DNA from: Bugula neritina
Lineage: Eukaryota; Animalia; Bryozoa
Reading direction: 5' to 3'
DNA: 64,000 nucleotides
Assembly: GCA_964035545.1 (NCBI GenBank)
Contig: OZ037772.1
Coordinates: 2,604,001-2,668,000 of the forward strand
Part shown: positions 50,584-63,082 of the stretch, in pieces
Layout: each line of letters opens with the position of its first letter
Numbering within the stretch: position 1 is the stretch's first letter
Translations under genes and position numbers: made by a program
Notes under the pieces: generated by a model
What the model was told of the DNA's origin: nothing
Databases searched by the model: none
Seen by the model: the letters and a program-made list of their open reading frames with translations, nothing else

Positions 50584-52830
50584 CTTTGATATACACTATC
50601 CCACTGCTGCCACCACTGTTATAGTTTTCAGATTTAGGGTTGATGTGCCACCAAGAGAGTCTATTTATCACTAGAGAAACTTCACCAGTTAAGTCGAGTA
50701 GATATCGTTATATTTAATACAAGAATACATAATAAAATCCAATGTACAACAGTAATGATACGCACGTCTATTTAATTTACAGCACTATCCTCAACTGAGC
50801 TAGTAGCGCGAAGCGGCTACTATTACTTATAAAACAGCCTAGCTAATTGGCTAATACATTGTTCCGGGTCAATACGCAACCTTGCGTATTGTGTTGCTGG
50901 TAGCTCCACGAGCCACCACAGTATTTTGTGTAAAATGGTTATTGCAAGCATTATTCAATTCATATTCACATTGTAATCACAGCGCAGCTTAAACTTTATA
51001 GCTTTGTATTTACGTGCATGATTAAGTTTTAATTATTTTTAAAATTTTACATGTATTGAAAATATGTTTAAAAACTTTACCAATAAACAAAACTAAAAAA
51101 AATGGACACATAATATAAAAAAAATAATAAAATTACAAAAGTGGCAAAATTTTTCCTTTATAACTTATATAAACTCGCGGTACCATTAGCGACATAATGA
51201 TTTTTTTCATGGTTTAAAGTCAACACTCTTAATATACCACACTGGATAGAAGTTAATGATCGATATTGACTCGCTAAGAGTTTTCATGTAAACCCGCAAA
51301 CTACAACTTTTAACTTGACTGCAAAGCTGGAAGTACGATAAGCGTCGCCGTATTGATTTCAGGCGAATTTTAGTTGATTTCTTTCAAACTGCTGAGAAGT
51401 AATATTTGCTTCCATTTTATGTCTGTATCAGCCATCAGGGCTATCGCGATACAATTATAAATGTTCTTAAATCAATCAATATTATGAAATAAATAATGTA
51501 GGAAATTCAATTTTGACTATATAGAATAATCTCAATCTGAATAAGTATTATTTATTTATTGTATCACTTGCACTTCGTCTCACTCTTACTCTTAAAGTCA
51601 GATAACATAGTTAATGTTATACTTATAGTACATACTGAGACGATACTGATACTCATAGTCATACTGATACTCAATCCCATACTCAATCTCATACTGAGTC
51701 TGATACTCATAGTCATAGTGATAGTCTTTGCCAGATTATTGCTAGATAATTTAAGCTAGTACTAGTACTACTACTAGTAGTACTACTACTAGTACTAATA
51801 ATCACAGTACTAATCAGGGTTGGGGTCAATTACATGTAAATGTAATTAATTGCAATTACAATTACATGAAGATTTGTCAATTACAATTATAATTACTGTA
51901 AAAAATAAATGTAATTAATTACAATTACAATTACTTTTGTTCTCACAAGGAATAAATAGAAGTCACTTCTAGGATCTAGCTACCAGGGGCAGTGTTGACA
52001 GTGGTGAACCTCTTTTGTTTTCTACAGTGATACTATTATATCATTCCATACCAAATCAACCAACTTTCAAGGGGTCCCAAGTCTTTGTGTCTCAGGTTTT
52101 GCTCATATTTACACCAAATGGACCTACACATGTTCAGATCACCATTCGTGAATATTTCTGGCCTGACACAAAAATACTGTTGTGCATTTGTGGATTATAA
52201 GAATAGACTAGTAGTCTGCATGCCAGTTATTGTGATAGAAATAAAGTCTTTGTAAAATATTGATTCTAATAGTCTTTATTGATGTTTCCTCTGTGAGCTC
52301 CAGTGTTAGACTGATTCATACTAGAAAAACTCACGCTTATATACAGAGGGGTCCGAAGTTCGTACGAAGTTCGGAGTTCCGGCGACCGATGTCGGAAATA
52401 TCCGGTCCGATCTCGGACAGGCTCCTCCGACATCGGTTCCGACTTCGGACGAGCTTCGGCTCACATAGTTAATTATTTATAAAACAAAAAGAAAAGTGGC
52501 AGGGAATACAACTCACAAAAACTATTACAGTAAACAAACAAAAATAATAGAAAGGGCAATTCACAATCATTACGCTATTTACTACACTAAGAGCTTAGCT
52601 ATAATTACAATATTTGAGGCATTAGAAAGCTACGCAAGGAGCTTAGCTATAATTACAGCATTTACAGTATTTACAAAGTTACGCTAAGTCCATTATAATA
52701 GTGACGCGATATAATTACTAGAGCGTTAAAATCCATTACATTCTCCCCCCATCGAAAAGCATCTCCCTTTTCGATAACAGAAAAACAGTTTGGGTGTCGA
52801 ATGCTGGGGATTCGCAGTTGTTGGTCTCAG

Positions 52831-55800
52831 TCATCGGATCCGGCGTATCAGGCTTTCCATTTCCCTTGTGCATTGATCGAGGTGGCAGGATAAGGCCTGG
52901 ATTCTTCTGTCCAAGTCGCTTTCTTGAGTGAGGTCAAGGTGGTCCGTAGGTCCAGGGCGCCATTGTCTGCTTGGATCAACACTGGGCTGGTGTGCGAGTT
53001 GTTGTCCCTGGAGTCGTCCTGCACTGTCAGGGCTGCTCTGCATCCGAAATTTAGAGTTTTTACCCGTACTGGGTGAACAACTCGGTGGCCCAGAGTCGGT
53101 TAAGCATCCCACGTGGTAATCTGCTAAATATTTTGGGGGTCTTCTATCCCTTTTACTCCTGCCCAGGGTGTCAGATACTGATGTATCGGACTGTCTGTGG
53201 GGCTCGTCACTTGGAGGGGCTTCATTCTGATTTCTTGCTGGTGAGGGAGCGTCCTTTGTCATGGGGGCCACCGGGGTCAAGCCCGGGATTGGCCGATCCT
53301 CTAGCTGTGGTTGGGGTGGTGGATCCGGAATGGGGGCGTTTGGTGGTGGATCCCGAGGCGGAGCTTCTAAGGTATTATGAACTTCTTCGGGGTCACGAAT
53401 GAATATTTCCCACTCTCGGGGTTGATTCCTCCTCCCCCGGGTGATGGGCTGTCGTGCTGGTTCCAGCAGTGGTGGTGCCTGTCCCGCGGCTTCCGGGCTT
53501 CCGTGGTAAGGTTTCAACCGCTGCTCGTTTTGAACAGATATCTGTCCCGAGCGTTCCACACGATATGTATGGTTTGGTAAAACCTCTACCACGCAGTAGG
53601 GCCCGCCGAACTTAAGCTGTAATTTAGCCGATTGTCCGCGTTGCCTGCGGTAGCTGACCATCCACACCCAGTCCCCTTCGCGATACAGAGGTGGTTCCTC
53701 GGAATCTTCTGTTCGTACCAGCCACTGTTTCTCTCTCAGTGCGTCATGAGCTTTCTTCATGGTTTCGACTAACTTTCCCACGTACTCATGTACTGGGAAT
53801 TCTGGGTTAGGAATGTGGTACGCGAGATGTTCTGGTACCCTGGTTTCTCGGCCCAACATCATCAAGTTTGGTGTTTCCTGTGTGCTAGAGTGGGGGGTGC
53901 TTCGATATGCTCGCATAATCTGTGGTAGCATGACGTCCCACTCCTCTTGACTCCTTCCCAACAAGAGGCTCCGGAGAGCATCACCCAACATCCGGTTGTT
54001 TCTTTCAACTACCCCATTTCCTTGGGGGTGATACGGGGTGGTCCGGCTCTGGTTCACCCCCCATACTTGGCAGAGGTCCTTCATTAGCTGTGATTGGAAT
54101 TGAGCGCCCTGGTCGGTGTGTATCTGTTCCGGTAGGCCGAAGTAACAGAACACATGCTGGTCCAGGACTCGGGCTACTGTAGGTGCCGATACGTCGGGGA
54201 TAGCCAGGGCATCCGCCCATCGTGTGAAGTGGTCTGTAAGGACCAAGATCCAAGAGTTTCCCCTTTCGGTCGTGGGCATGGGTCCCACGAGATCTACCGC
54301 CACGACCTGCCAAGGCCGGCCGGCGTATAGCCGGCGCCGACCTGTGGTTTCGGTGGGGCGTCCGTGTTTGCTGGCCTGACAGACTTCACAGTGCCGAATT
54401 CTCAGTCGCACATCCCTGGTCATCCCGGGCCAATACCATCGCATCTGCAGGCATCTGATGACCCGACTGGCTCCCGCATGGGCCTGTTTGTGGGTGTCCC
54501 AGATGATTTCCCGACGGAGAGCGCGTGGGCATACGACGCGATCCCTCTCCTGTTGTCGGTTGTCTGCTGCGAGTGTCATCGTCAGGAGGCCGTCTGAACG
54601 AATCTGGAGAGAATTCCAGCGGCGGCAGAAGAACTGAAACTCAGCGTCTCCCTGCCGTTGCTGTTCCTCCGAGGGTCGGCTGCCTCCTTTCTTGGCTCGG
54701 AAGATGTCAGCTACTGATCCAGGGAGTGTTTCTTGCAGTCGACACAGCTCCTTGACGTTCTGGTACAGTGTGGGGTTAGCACGGAGTGCCTGGACGTCGT
54801 CTGAGTGGGTTTCAGGCCGAAGATGGCCGTGCTCCCAATGATAGACGTTGCCGTCTCCCAACTGTGCCTCGACGTCAAGGCGGGCAGGTCCCCCATCACG
54901 CCTCTCGATGTGTAGGCATTGCTTGCAGTCCTCCACCGGTCGGCAACTCATGCCATCAGCGTTCCCGTGTTTCTTGCCGGCGCGGTGCTCTATCCGGTAG
55001 GAAAACTCAGCAAGAATCTCTAGCCAACGAGCCACCTGGCTCGAGGGCTCTGCACGTTTACACAACCATATCAGTGATGCATGGTCTGTTCGCAACCGGA
55101 ACGTTCTCCCATACAGATATGGCCGAAAGTGCTTGACCGCCTTGACTACTGCTAGGAGTTCCTTCCTAGTGGTGCAGTAGTTTTTCTCGGCGGCCGCGAG
55201 AGTCTTGCTGTAGTAAGCCACGACCACCTCACTTCCACCCTGGACTTGAGACAGAACAGCTCCCACACTGTGGTCGCTGGCGTCGGTGTCCAGGATGTAC
55301 TCTTTGGCTGGATCAGGATACGCCAGAATCGGCGCCTCCATTAGCCGTTGTTTGAGGTGGTCGAATGCCTGCTGCTCCTCCTGTGTCCACTGCCACCGGA
55401 CTCCCTTGGCGGTTAGCCGATTCAAAGGCTGAGCCACCCCTGCAAACCCGGGTACGTACTGCCTGTAGTACCCTACCAGGCCCAGGAATGCCCGCAATTC
55501 AGAGAGGTCCCGGGGACGGCCCACTCCTTCACAGCCTGTACCTTCTCCGGATCGGTAGCGACCCCGTCACGGCCAACCACATGGCCCAGGTACGTGACTT
55601 CTTGCTGTAGGAGTGCACACTTGGAGGGCTTCAACTTCAGTCCAGCAGCCCGGAGTCGGTCAAAGACCTCCCGCAGACGACTGACATGAGTCGTAAAGTC
55701 TGGGGAGATGACAATGACGTCATCCAGATAGATTAGGAGGGTCTTCCAGTGTAACCCACTGAGGACCTGCTCCATGAGTCTTTGGAAAGTTGCCGGGGCG

Positions 55801-57518
55801 GACGTAAGTCCAAACGGCAGTACTTTCCACTTCCAGAGCCCATCGCGGGTAATGAATGCTGCTTTGTCCTGAGCATCAGGACTGAGGGGTACTTGCCAGT
55901 ACCCGCTAAGCAGATCCAGAGTACTGAAGTACTTGCTACCCGCGAGGGCATCCAGAGACTCATCTATCCGCGGAAGGGGGTAAGCGTCCTGGATGGTAAC
56001 GCTGTTGAGTCTGCGGTAGTCCACACAGAACCTCCAGCTACCATCCTTCTTCTTGACCAGGACTACTGGAGAGCTCCACGCACCGTGGGCAGGCTCAATC
56101 AGATCCCGGTCGAGAAGATCTTGCACCTGCCGGCTCACCTCCTTCTCCTTCTCCGGGCCCAGACGTCGGGTTGGCTGCCTGATGGGAGTGGTGCCAGCTG
56201 CCAGAGGTATCTCGTGGGAGATAACCTTAGTCAGTCCCATATCTTCATCACCACGACTGAAGATATCACTGTACTCCGCGAGTAGTTGAGCCAGTGTTTG
56301 GCGTTCAGTACTACTCGTACAGTTTCCACACGCTCCACTGTACAAGCCAGCCACATGCTCCGGGACTGCTTCTCGGTGGTTGTGAGGGGGGTTTCCCTGG
56401 GTGTCGGTCACTGTTTCCAGTGCCGGACCCACATCCGCCTCATGGATGGAGTGGTACTTCCCCACCAGTGCACCAGCCGATAATCGGACCGATTCCGCAA
56501 AGGGGTTTATGCATTGCACGAGGAGCTCTCTTCGACAGTCCAGCCGATTTAGGCTGTTTGCCAGTCGAATTGCTCCGTGCGTTCCCTCCACCACCCCCAG
56601 TGCGGCGATCTCCTTGCAGTTGACCCTGCATCGGAGAGTAGCCTGGGATCTCCCTGGAATCATGCAGTCCTGCACTACCTGGACTCCGCCCACCAAGGGC
56701 CTACCAAACTTGTCCACACAGGCAAGTTCCTTCCCAGCCATCACCACCGCCGACTTCTGGAAATCCATGTGACACTGGTGTTTCTCCAGAAAGGGCATTC
56801 CCAGAATGGCGTCTTCCTTCAGGTGGCTGACAATGAACGTCTCGTGAATTACTTGATCACGGACTCGTCCAGGTAGTGTGATAATGCCGTAGAAGGGGAT
56901 ACACGATCCGTCCGCCAACGTACCGTGTGCTCCTTCGTATGGCTCGAGGCTCGCCCGCTCTCGGGCGCCAAGGGTGCCGAAGAGACGCCGACTTAGCAGG
57001 TTTGTAGTGCACCCTGTGTCCAGCAGGAAGGTGGCAGCTTTACCCGAAATTTTTCCGGGCAGGAAGTAGCTGCTTCCATACGGCTGGGTGCTCCTGGGTC
57101 GGTCAGTCTCTGGGGGGGACACCTCTTGGGTCCTTACAGCGGGCCTCCTCTTCGTCTTACAGACAACGGGGGTTTTCTGAGGCTGGGAGGGTAGCTTGGG
57201 ATACTCTTGCGAGTAAGCTGATTCTTCCTCCACAGCCTCTTCGGGCAACCCCGCGAACCGGTTTTGGAGTGGCCAGGCCGGAGGATCGGGTAAACCTTGC
57301 GGTCTCCGAGATCTCCGAGGTGCCTGCCATCCTGCATCTAGGAGTCCCATCCGGGTCGTAGGTGGCTGGGTTGGAGAGTCGGGCAGACCTTGGGGTCTCC
57401 AACGTCCCCACGCAGCCTCGGCTGGCCTGGAAGAGGCTCCTTGGGTCATTTCTTCCCGGATGGGGTTGGCTGGTGGCTCACGGTTGGCGGAGGTTACCGC
57501 GAGCCCCGGGTGTTTAAA
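52831..57518 (-). pseudogene. pol: pol of copy D, with a single 1-bp frameshift in a C run near 55512 (real lesion or sequencing error)
   Basis: LLDTGC, YLDD, DTDAS, DDE all intact; KEWAVP|RDLSELRAFL restored by adding one C; RT highly similar to family 1. Confidence 0.9.
57475..57518 (-). promoter_or_regulatory. -1 frameshift signal of copy D (T_TTA_AAC, 6-nt spacer, 10-bp stem with one G-U)
   Basis: Heptamer 57512-57518 in Gag frame; GGCTCGCGGT/ACCGTGAGCC; pol in the -1 frame. Confidence 0.82.
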
Positions 57519-58441
57519 GGCATCCTTCTTTCGTGAGGGCATTGCCTTCGTACATGTCCCCTGGCACCACACCCCCAGCAGGTGAGGTGGGTAGTACCGG
57601 CTGGTTCACCCCGGGGTCGGGGGTTTCGTTTATCAGCCTGTTCTCTCTGCATCTGTTTCATCTCTGCCTGCAATCCCTTTACCATGTCCATCAGCATGGT
57701 CATCTGGTCAGGTGACGAAGTAGTAGCAGCCGCCACGGCCTGTGGGTTTGGCTGATCCGGCTTAGCGACTTCGGGTCGTTCCTCAATCTGACAAGCGGTG
57801 AAATCCGCACATTGAGGTCCCTCCACTTGGTAGTAAGCCTTGCCCAGGGCTAAGGCTTCCTCTATAGTGGTGACCTTGGCTGCCAAGTAATAACGCTGTA
57901 GTCCAGGGTTATTGATTGTGTGGAAGAAGGCTTCATACACAGCACCTCTTTGTGCTGCCGGTGTGTCGTCGCTATGGGCTACTGGTACTAGTGCCTCAAT
58001 AGCGTTCGCATGGTCTTGGAGTGAGGTCTTCCGGTCTCGGCGTATGGTGCGCAATTTGTCCCTGGCGGCGCGGGCGGTTAGCCCGAAACGCGACCTGAGG
58101 GCCTGAAAGATGTGCGCTGTATTGGGTCCCAGAGCATAACTCTTTGCCTGACCTGTCAGACAGGTACGGAGGTGAAGAAGGCGCACCGGTGCCGGCCATT
58201 CGGCGAGGGTGGCTACCTCTTCAAACTCCCTGATGAATTGCTCTATGTCCCCATCGCCTCCGAAAATCGGGGGCCTCAGGCGATACCTGTCTCCAGGTGC
58301 TGCCTGCCCGGCCTTGCTGACCTCCCGGAGGGCTGCGATGAGAGTCTCCATGGTGAGACGGTCCCCTTCTCCTTCTTCTTCTCCTTCTACCATGACTTCT
58401 TCTCCTTCTACCATGACTTCTGCTTCTCCTTCGTCCCCCAT
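57494..58441 (-). CDS. gag: Gag of copy D, 315 aa, with CCHC knuckle
   Basis: PPIFGGDGDIEQFIREF capsid motif; CWGCGARGHVRRQC. Confidence 0.92.
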   Translation of the reverse strand: MGDEGEAEVMVEGEEVMVEGEEEGEGDRLTMETLIAALREVSKAGQAAPGDRYRLRPPIFGGDGDIEQFIREFEEVATLAEWPAPVRLLHLRTCLTGQAKSYALGPNTAHIFQALRSRFGLTARAARDKLRTIRRDRKTSLQDHANAIEALVPVAHSDDTPAAQRGAVYEAFFHTINNPGLQRYYLAAKVTTIEEALALGKAYYQVEGPQCADFTACQIEERPEVAKPDQPNPQAVAAATTSSPDQMTMLMDMVKGLQAEMKQMQREQADKRNPRPRGEPAGTTHLTCWGCGARGHVRRQCPHERRMPLNTRGSR

Positions 58442-59487
58442 TGTGCTGTTCTTTCTTTCTCTCTAATGGCTGCTTGTCGTACTAGTCTATTCTAATCCCA
58501 CCGCTGCCACCAATGTTGTGCATTTGTGGATTATAAGAATAGACTAGTAGTCTGCATGCCAGTTATTGTGATAGAAATAAAGTCTTTGTAAAATATTGAT
58601 TCTAATAGTCTTTATTGATGTTTCCTCTGTGAGCTCCAGTGTTAGACTGATTCATACTAGAAAAACTCACGCTTATATACAGAGGGGGCCGAAGTTCGTA
58701 CGAAGTTCGGAGTTCCGGCGACCGATGTCGAAAATATCCGGTCCGATCTCGGACAGGCTCCTCCGACATCGGTTCTGACTTCGGACGAGCTTCGGCTCAC
58801 ATAGTTAATTATTTATAAAACAAAAAGAAAAGTGGCAGGGAATACAACTCACAAAAACTATTACAGTAAACAAACAAAAATAATAGAAAGGGCAATTCAC
58901 AATCATTACGCTATTTACTACACTAAGAGCTTAGCTATAATTACAATATTTGAGGCATTAGAAAGCTACGCAAGGAGCTTAGCTATAATTACAGCATTTA
59001 CAGTATTTACAAAGTTACGCTAAGTCCATTATAATAGTGACGCGATATAATTACTAGAGCGTTAAAATCCATTACAATACTTTGCGAAATTACTACTTTG
59101 GTGAACAAAGGTTGGGAAATATTTTGAGGAAAATTTGTGATTTACACTTTTAAACCAATTTATAAGTAATTTGAAATTTGATTAGGCGAGTATTTGAAAT
59201 TTTTCAAAATTTACAAAGATTTGTTCATATTCAATGACTTTGCATATATGCACACAAAGTATTCTGTAATATGTAATATGTAATTGGGCTCACTGGGTAG
59301 GTTATATTATTGTATTCATATTAACCAACTTGACAGTTTACTAATTCATTGTCTAACTCTGTCTGTCTTAGTCTAGTAACACTATTTATTTATTTATTTA
59401 CTTATTAATTTATTTATTTGACTAAATCTTGTCTGTCTTTGTCTAGTAACACTATTTATTTATTTATTTACTTATTAATTTAATTAA

Positions 59488-61432
59488 ATTACTAGTTTAT
59501 ATTACCAAGTTATATTACTAGTTTATATTACCAAGTTATATTACTAGTTTATGTAACCAAGTTATATTACTAGTTTATGTTACCAAATTATATTACTAGT
59601 TTATATTACCAAGTTATACTACCAAGTTATATTACTAGTTTATGTTACGAAGTTATATTACTAGTTTATGTTACCTAGTTATATTACTAGTTTATGTTAC
59701 CAAGTTATATTACTAGTTTATGTTACCAAGTTATATTACTAGTTTATATTACCAAGTTATATTACTAGTTTATGTTACCAAGTTATATTACTAGTTTATG
59801 TTACCAAGTTATATTACTAGTTTATGTTACCAAGTTATATTACTAGTTTATATTACCAAGTTATATTACTAGTTTATGTTACCAAGTTATATTACTGGTT
59901 TATGTTACCAAGTTATATTACTAGTTTATGTTACCAAGTTATATTACTAGTTTATTTTGCCAAGTTATATTACTAGTTTATGTTACCAAGTTATACTACC
60001 AAGTTATATTACTAGTTTATGTTACCAAGTTATATTACTAGTTTATGTTACCAAGTTATATTACTAGTTTAGGTTACCAAGTTATATTACTAGTTTATGT
60101 TACCAAGTTATATTACTAGTTTATACTACCAACTTATATTACTAGTTTATGTTACCAAGTTATATTACTAGTTTATGTTACCCAGTTATATTACTAGTTT
60201 ATTTTGCCAAGTTATAGTACCAAGTTATATTACTAGTTTATGTTACCCAGTTATATTACTAGTTTATGTTACCAAGTTATAGTACCAAGTTATATTACTA
60301 GTTTATGTTACCAAATTATATTACTAGTTTATGTTACCAAGTTATATTACTAGTTTATGTTACGAAGTTATATTACTAGTTTGTATTACCAAGTTATATT
60401 ACTAGTTTATGTTACCAAGTTATATTACTAGTTTATGTTACCAAGTTATATTACTAGTTTATGTTACCAAGTTATATTACTAGTTTATGTTACCAAGTTA
60501 TATTACTAGTTTATGTTACCAAGTTATATTACTAGTTTATGTTACCAAGTTATATTACTAGTTTATGTTACCAAGTTATACTACCAAGTTATATTACTAG
60601 TTTATGTTACCAAGTTATATTACCAAGTTATATTACTAGTTTATGTTACCAAGTTATATTACTAGTTTAGGTTACCAAGTTATATTACTAGTTTATGTTA
60701 CCCAGTTATATTACTAGTTTATGTTACCAAGTTATAGTACCAAGTTATATTACTAGTTTATGTTACCAAATTATATTACTAGTTTATGTTACCAAGTTAT
60801 ATTACTAGTTTATGTTACGAAGTTATATTACTAGTTTATATTACCAAGTTATATTACTAGTTTATGTTACCAAGTTATATTACTAGTTTATGTTACCAAG
60901 TTATATTACTAGTTTATGTTACCAAGTTATATTACTAGTTTATGTTACCAAGTTATATTACTAGTTTATGTTACCAAGTTATATTACTAGTTTATGTTAC
61001 CAAGTTATATTACTAGTTTATGTTACCAAGTTATACTACCAAGTTATATTACTAGTTTATGTTACCAAGTTATATTACTAGTTTATGTTACCAAGTTATA
61101 TTACTAGTTTATATTACCAAGTTATATTACTAGTTTATATTACCAAGTTATATTACTAGTTTATATTACCAAGTTATATTACCAGTTTATGTTACAAAGT
61201 TATATTACTAGTTTATGTTACGAAGTTATATTGCTAGTTTATATTACCAAGTTATATTACTAGTTTATGTTACCAAGTTATATTACAAGTTTATGTTACC
61301 AAGTTATATTACTAGTTTATATCACCAAGTTATCTTACTAGTTTATATAACCAAATTATATTACTAGTTTATTTTGCCAAGTTATATTACTAGTTTATAT
61401 TACCAAGTTATATTACTAGTTTATACTGCTAG
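59488..61432. repeat. 26-bp satellite (TTACTAGTTTATGTTACCAAGTTATA)n, itself a dimer of related 13-mers
   Basis: About 75 tandem copies; occasional single 13-mer slips. Confidence 0.97.
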
Positions 61433-62496
61433 TATTCAACAACTACCCTCCAGCACATCTCAACTCTGACACAACTAAGCTGACTAATCATCCGTATAGT
61501 TTATAGTTTTTGTTGAATTCTTCAGACCCTGAGAACTGTGCGTGTGGCTTCACCTGCGAGTGTGGTGCCTGTGTTGGGGTATGTGACCTTGACAGAGACT
61601 GTGGGAAGCTGCAGATCTGTTTGGAGAAAAGATGTTATCAGCAGGCCTCACCAGATGACAGGACTGTTGTCTAGGATCTTTATCACTCAGAACTAGTAGA
61701 ATGTTCTTCAGGTATGAATGCGAAATCTTTGTTCTAAACTCTATTAGAGTTTAAAAGTGTTGCTTTCTGTTGTACTTATATCTGTGCTGGCCAGGATTTT
61801 TGAATGATTTTTGTAATGTATTTACATAACAGAGTGTAAACTTAAAGCTGAATTTGCTTTATTTTCTACATATTTTGGTTTGCGATTTTTCAGTAGAAAT
61901 GAGGCATCACACTCGGTGTGATTATCAGCATTTTTTGCAGGTGCTTCTATCCGTGTACTGACAACACAGCCTGTCCTAGTGATGGACAAATCTGTCGCCA
62001 TGGTGTCTGTAAAGAGGGCTGTCAGGTGAGTAGTCGCTATGACCTACACTGCGAGTTATTGATGACTTTCATACTATGAGTTGTGACTACCTACTATAAT
62101 TTATACTGCGAGTCCAAGTAGCTGCTGTAACTTATGCTGTGAGTCATGGCTAACTGAAATCACTTATACTGTGAGTCATGACTAACTGAAATCACTTATA
62201 CTGTGAGTCATGACTAACTGATATCACTTATACTGTGAGTCAATTATCAAAAATAGCAAAGAAGTAGAGATATGTTGTGTATGTGAGATATGTGAGGTTA
62301 TTTAGTGACTAGTTCGCTATTTATAGAGTTTTGTTTCTATTAATAGACTGTACTGAAGATGAACAATGTAGATCTGAGTTTACTGAATGCATATCCAACA
62401 TATGCTATCAGCTTTATCCTCTCAACAATTCAGATCTTTCTGATGCTGAGCAGGACAGACTCTTTGATGATCCGCTGGACATATAGAATGATGGTA

Positions 62497-62740
62497 AGTT
62501 ACTCTGTTAGTACAGTTACTCTGTTAGTACAGTTACTCTGTTAGTACAGTTACTCTGTTAGTATAGTTACTCTGTTAGTATAGTTACTCTGTTAGTACAG
62601 TTACTCTGTTAGTACAGTTACTCTGTTAGTATAGTTACTCTGTTAGTATAGTTACTCTGTTAGTATAGTTACTCTGTTAGTATAGTTACTCTGTTAGTAT
62701 AGTTACTCTGTTAGTTTAATTACTCTGTTAGTATAGTTAC
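62497..62740. repeat. 17-bp minisatellite (GTTACTCTGTTAGTAYA)n
   Basis: Tandem copies starting inside a splice donor. Confidence 0.93.
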
Positions 62741-62993
62741 AGTAGCAGTTTGCTAGTCATAATAACTTGCACTGTTAGCTGCTTAACTAGTTATTCTACA
62801 TCTCTTGTAGCCACAACCAAAGTGGTGTCTATATATCCTGCTAGTGACTTGAGTAATGACTCATATGTCTCCTACAGTACGAGTGGTCAGCTTGCGGCAG
62901 TGTTGGAAGAGAGTGGAGACAACTTGGATCAGAGGTATAGGTATTGCTTAGTATAAGTTATACCATTACCATATATAAGCAGAGTGACAGATG

Positions 62994-63029
62994 AACTGAC
63001 TGACTGACGGACAAACTGACTGACTGACT

Positions 63030-63060
<31 letters not shown>

Positions 63061-63082
63061 GGACTGGCTGACTGACTGACTG
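62994..63082. repeat. (GACT)n microsatellite
   Basis: Direct. Confidence 0.9.

Larger units (their letters stand above)
43862..50920 (-). mobile_element. Ty3/Gypsy family 1, copy C (internally deleted gag, disabled pol, frameshifted ORF3)
   Basis: LTRs 43862-44165 and 50617-50920; TSD GTAT 43858-43861 and 50921-50924; PBS 50598-50615; PPT after 44165. Confidence 0.98.
52178..59076 (-). mobile_element. Ty3/Gypsy family 2, copy D (gag + pol, no ORF3)
   Basis: 563-bp LTRs 52178-52740 and 58514-59076 (3 differences); TSD ATAC 52174-52177 and 59077-59080; tRNA-Leu PBS 58495-58512; PPT GGGGGGAGAA 52741-52750; TATATAA and AATAAA in LTR. Confidence 0.98.

Noticed and set aside
51815-59295. Possible hAT MITE (CAGGGTTGGGGTCAATTAC...) hosting copy D
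   Set aside because: Left end is plausible but no convincing right TIR or TSD was found
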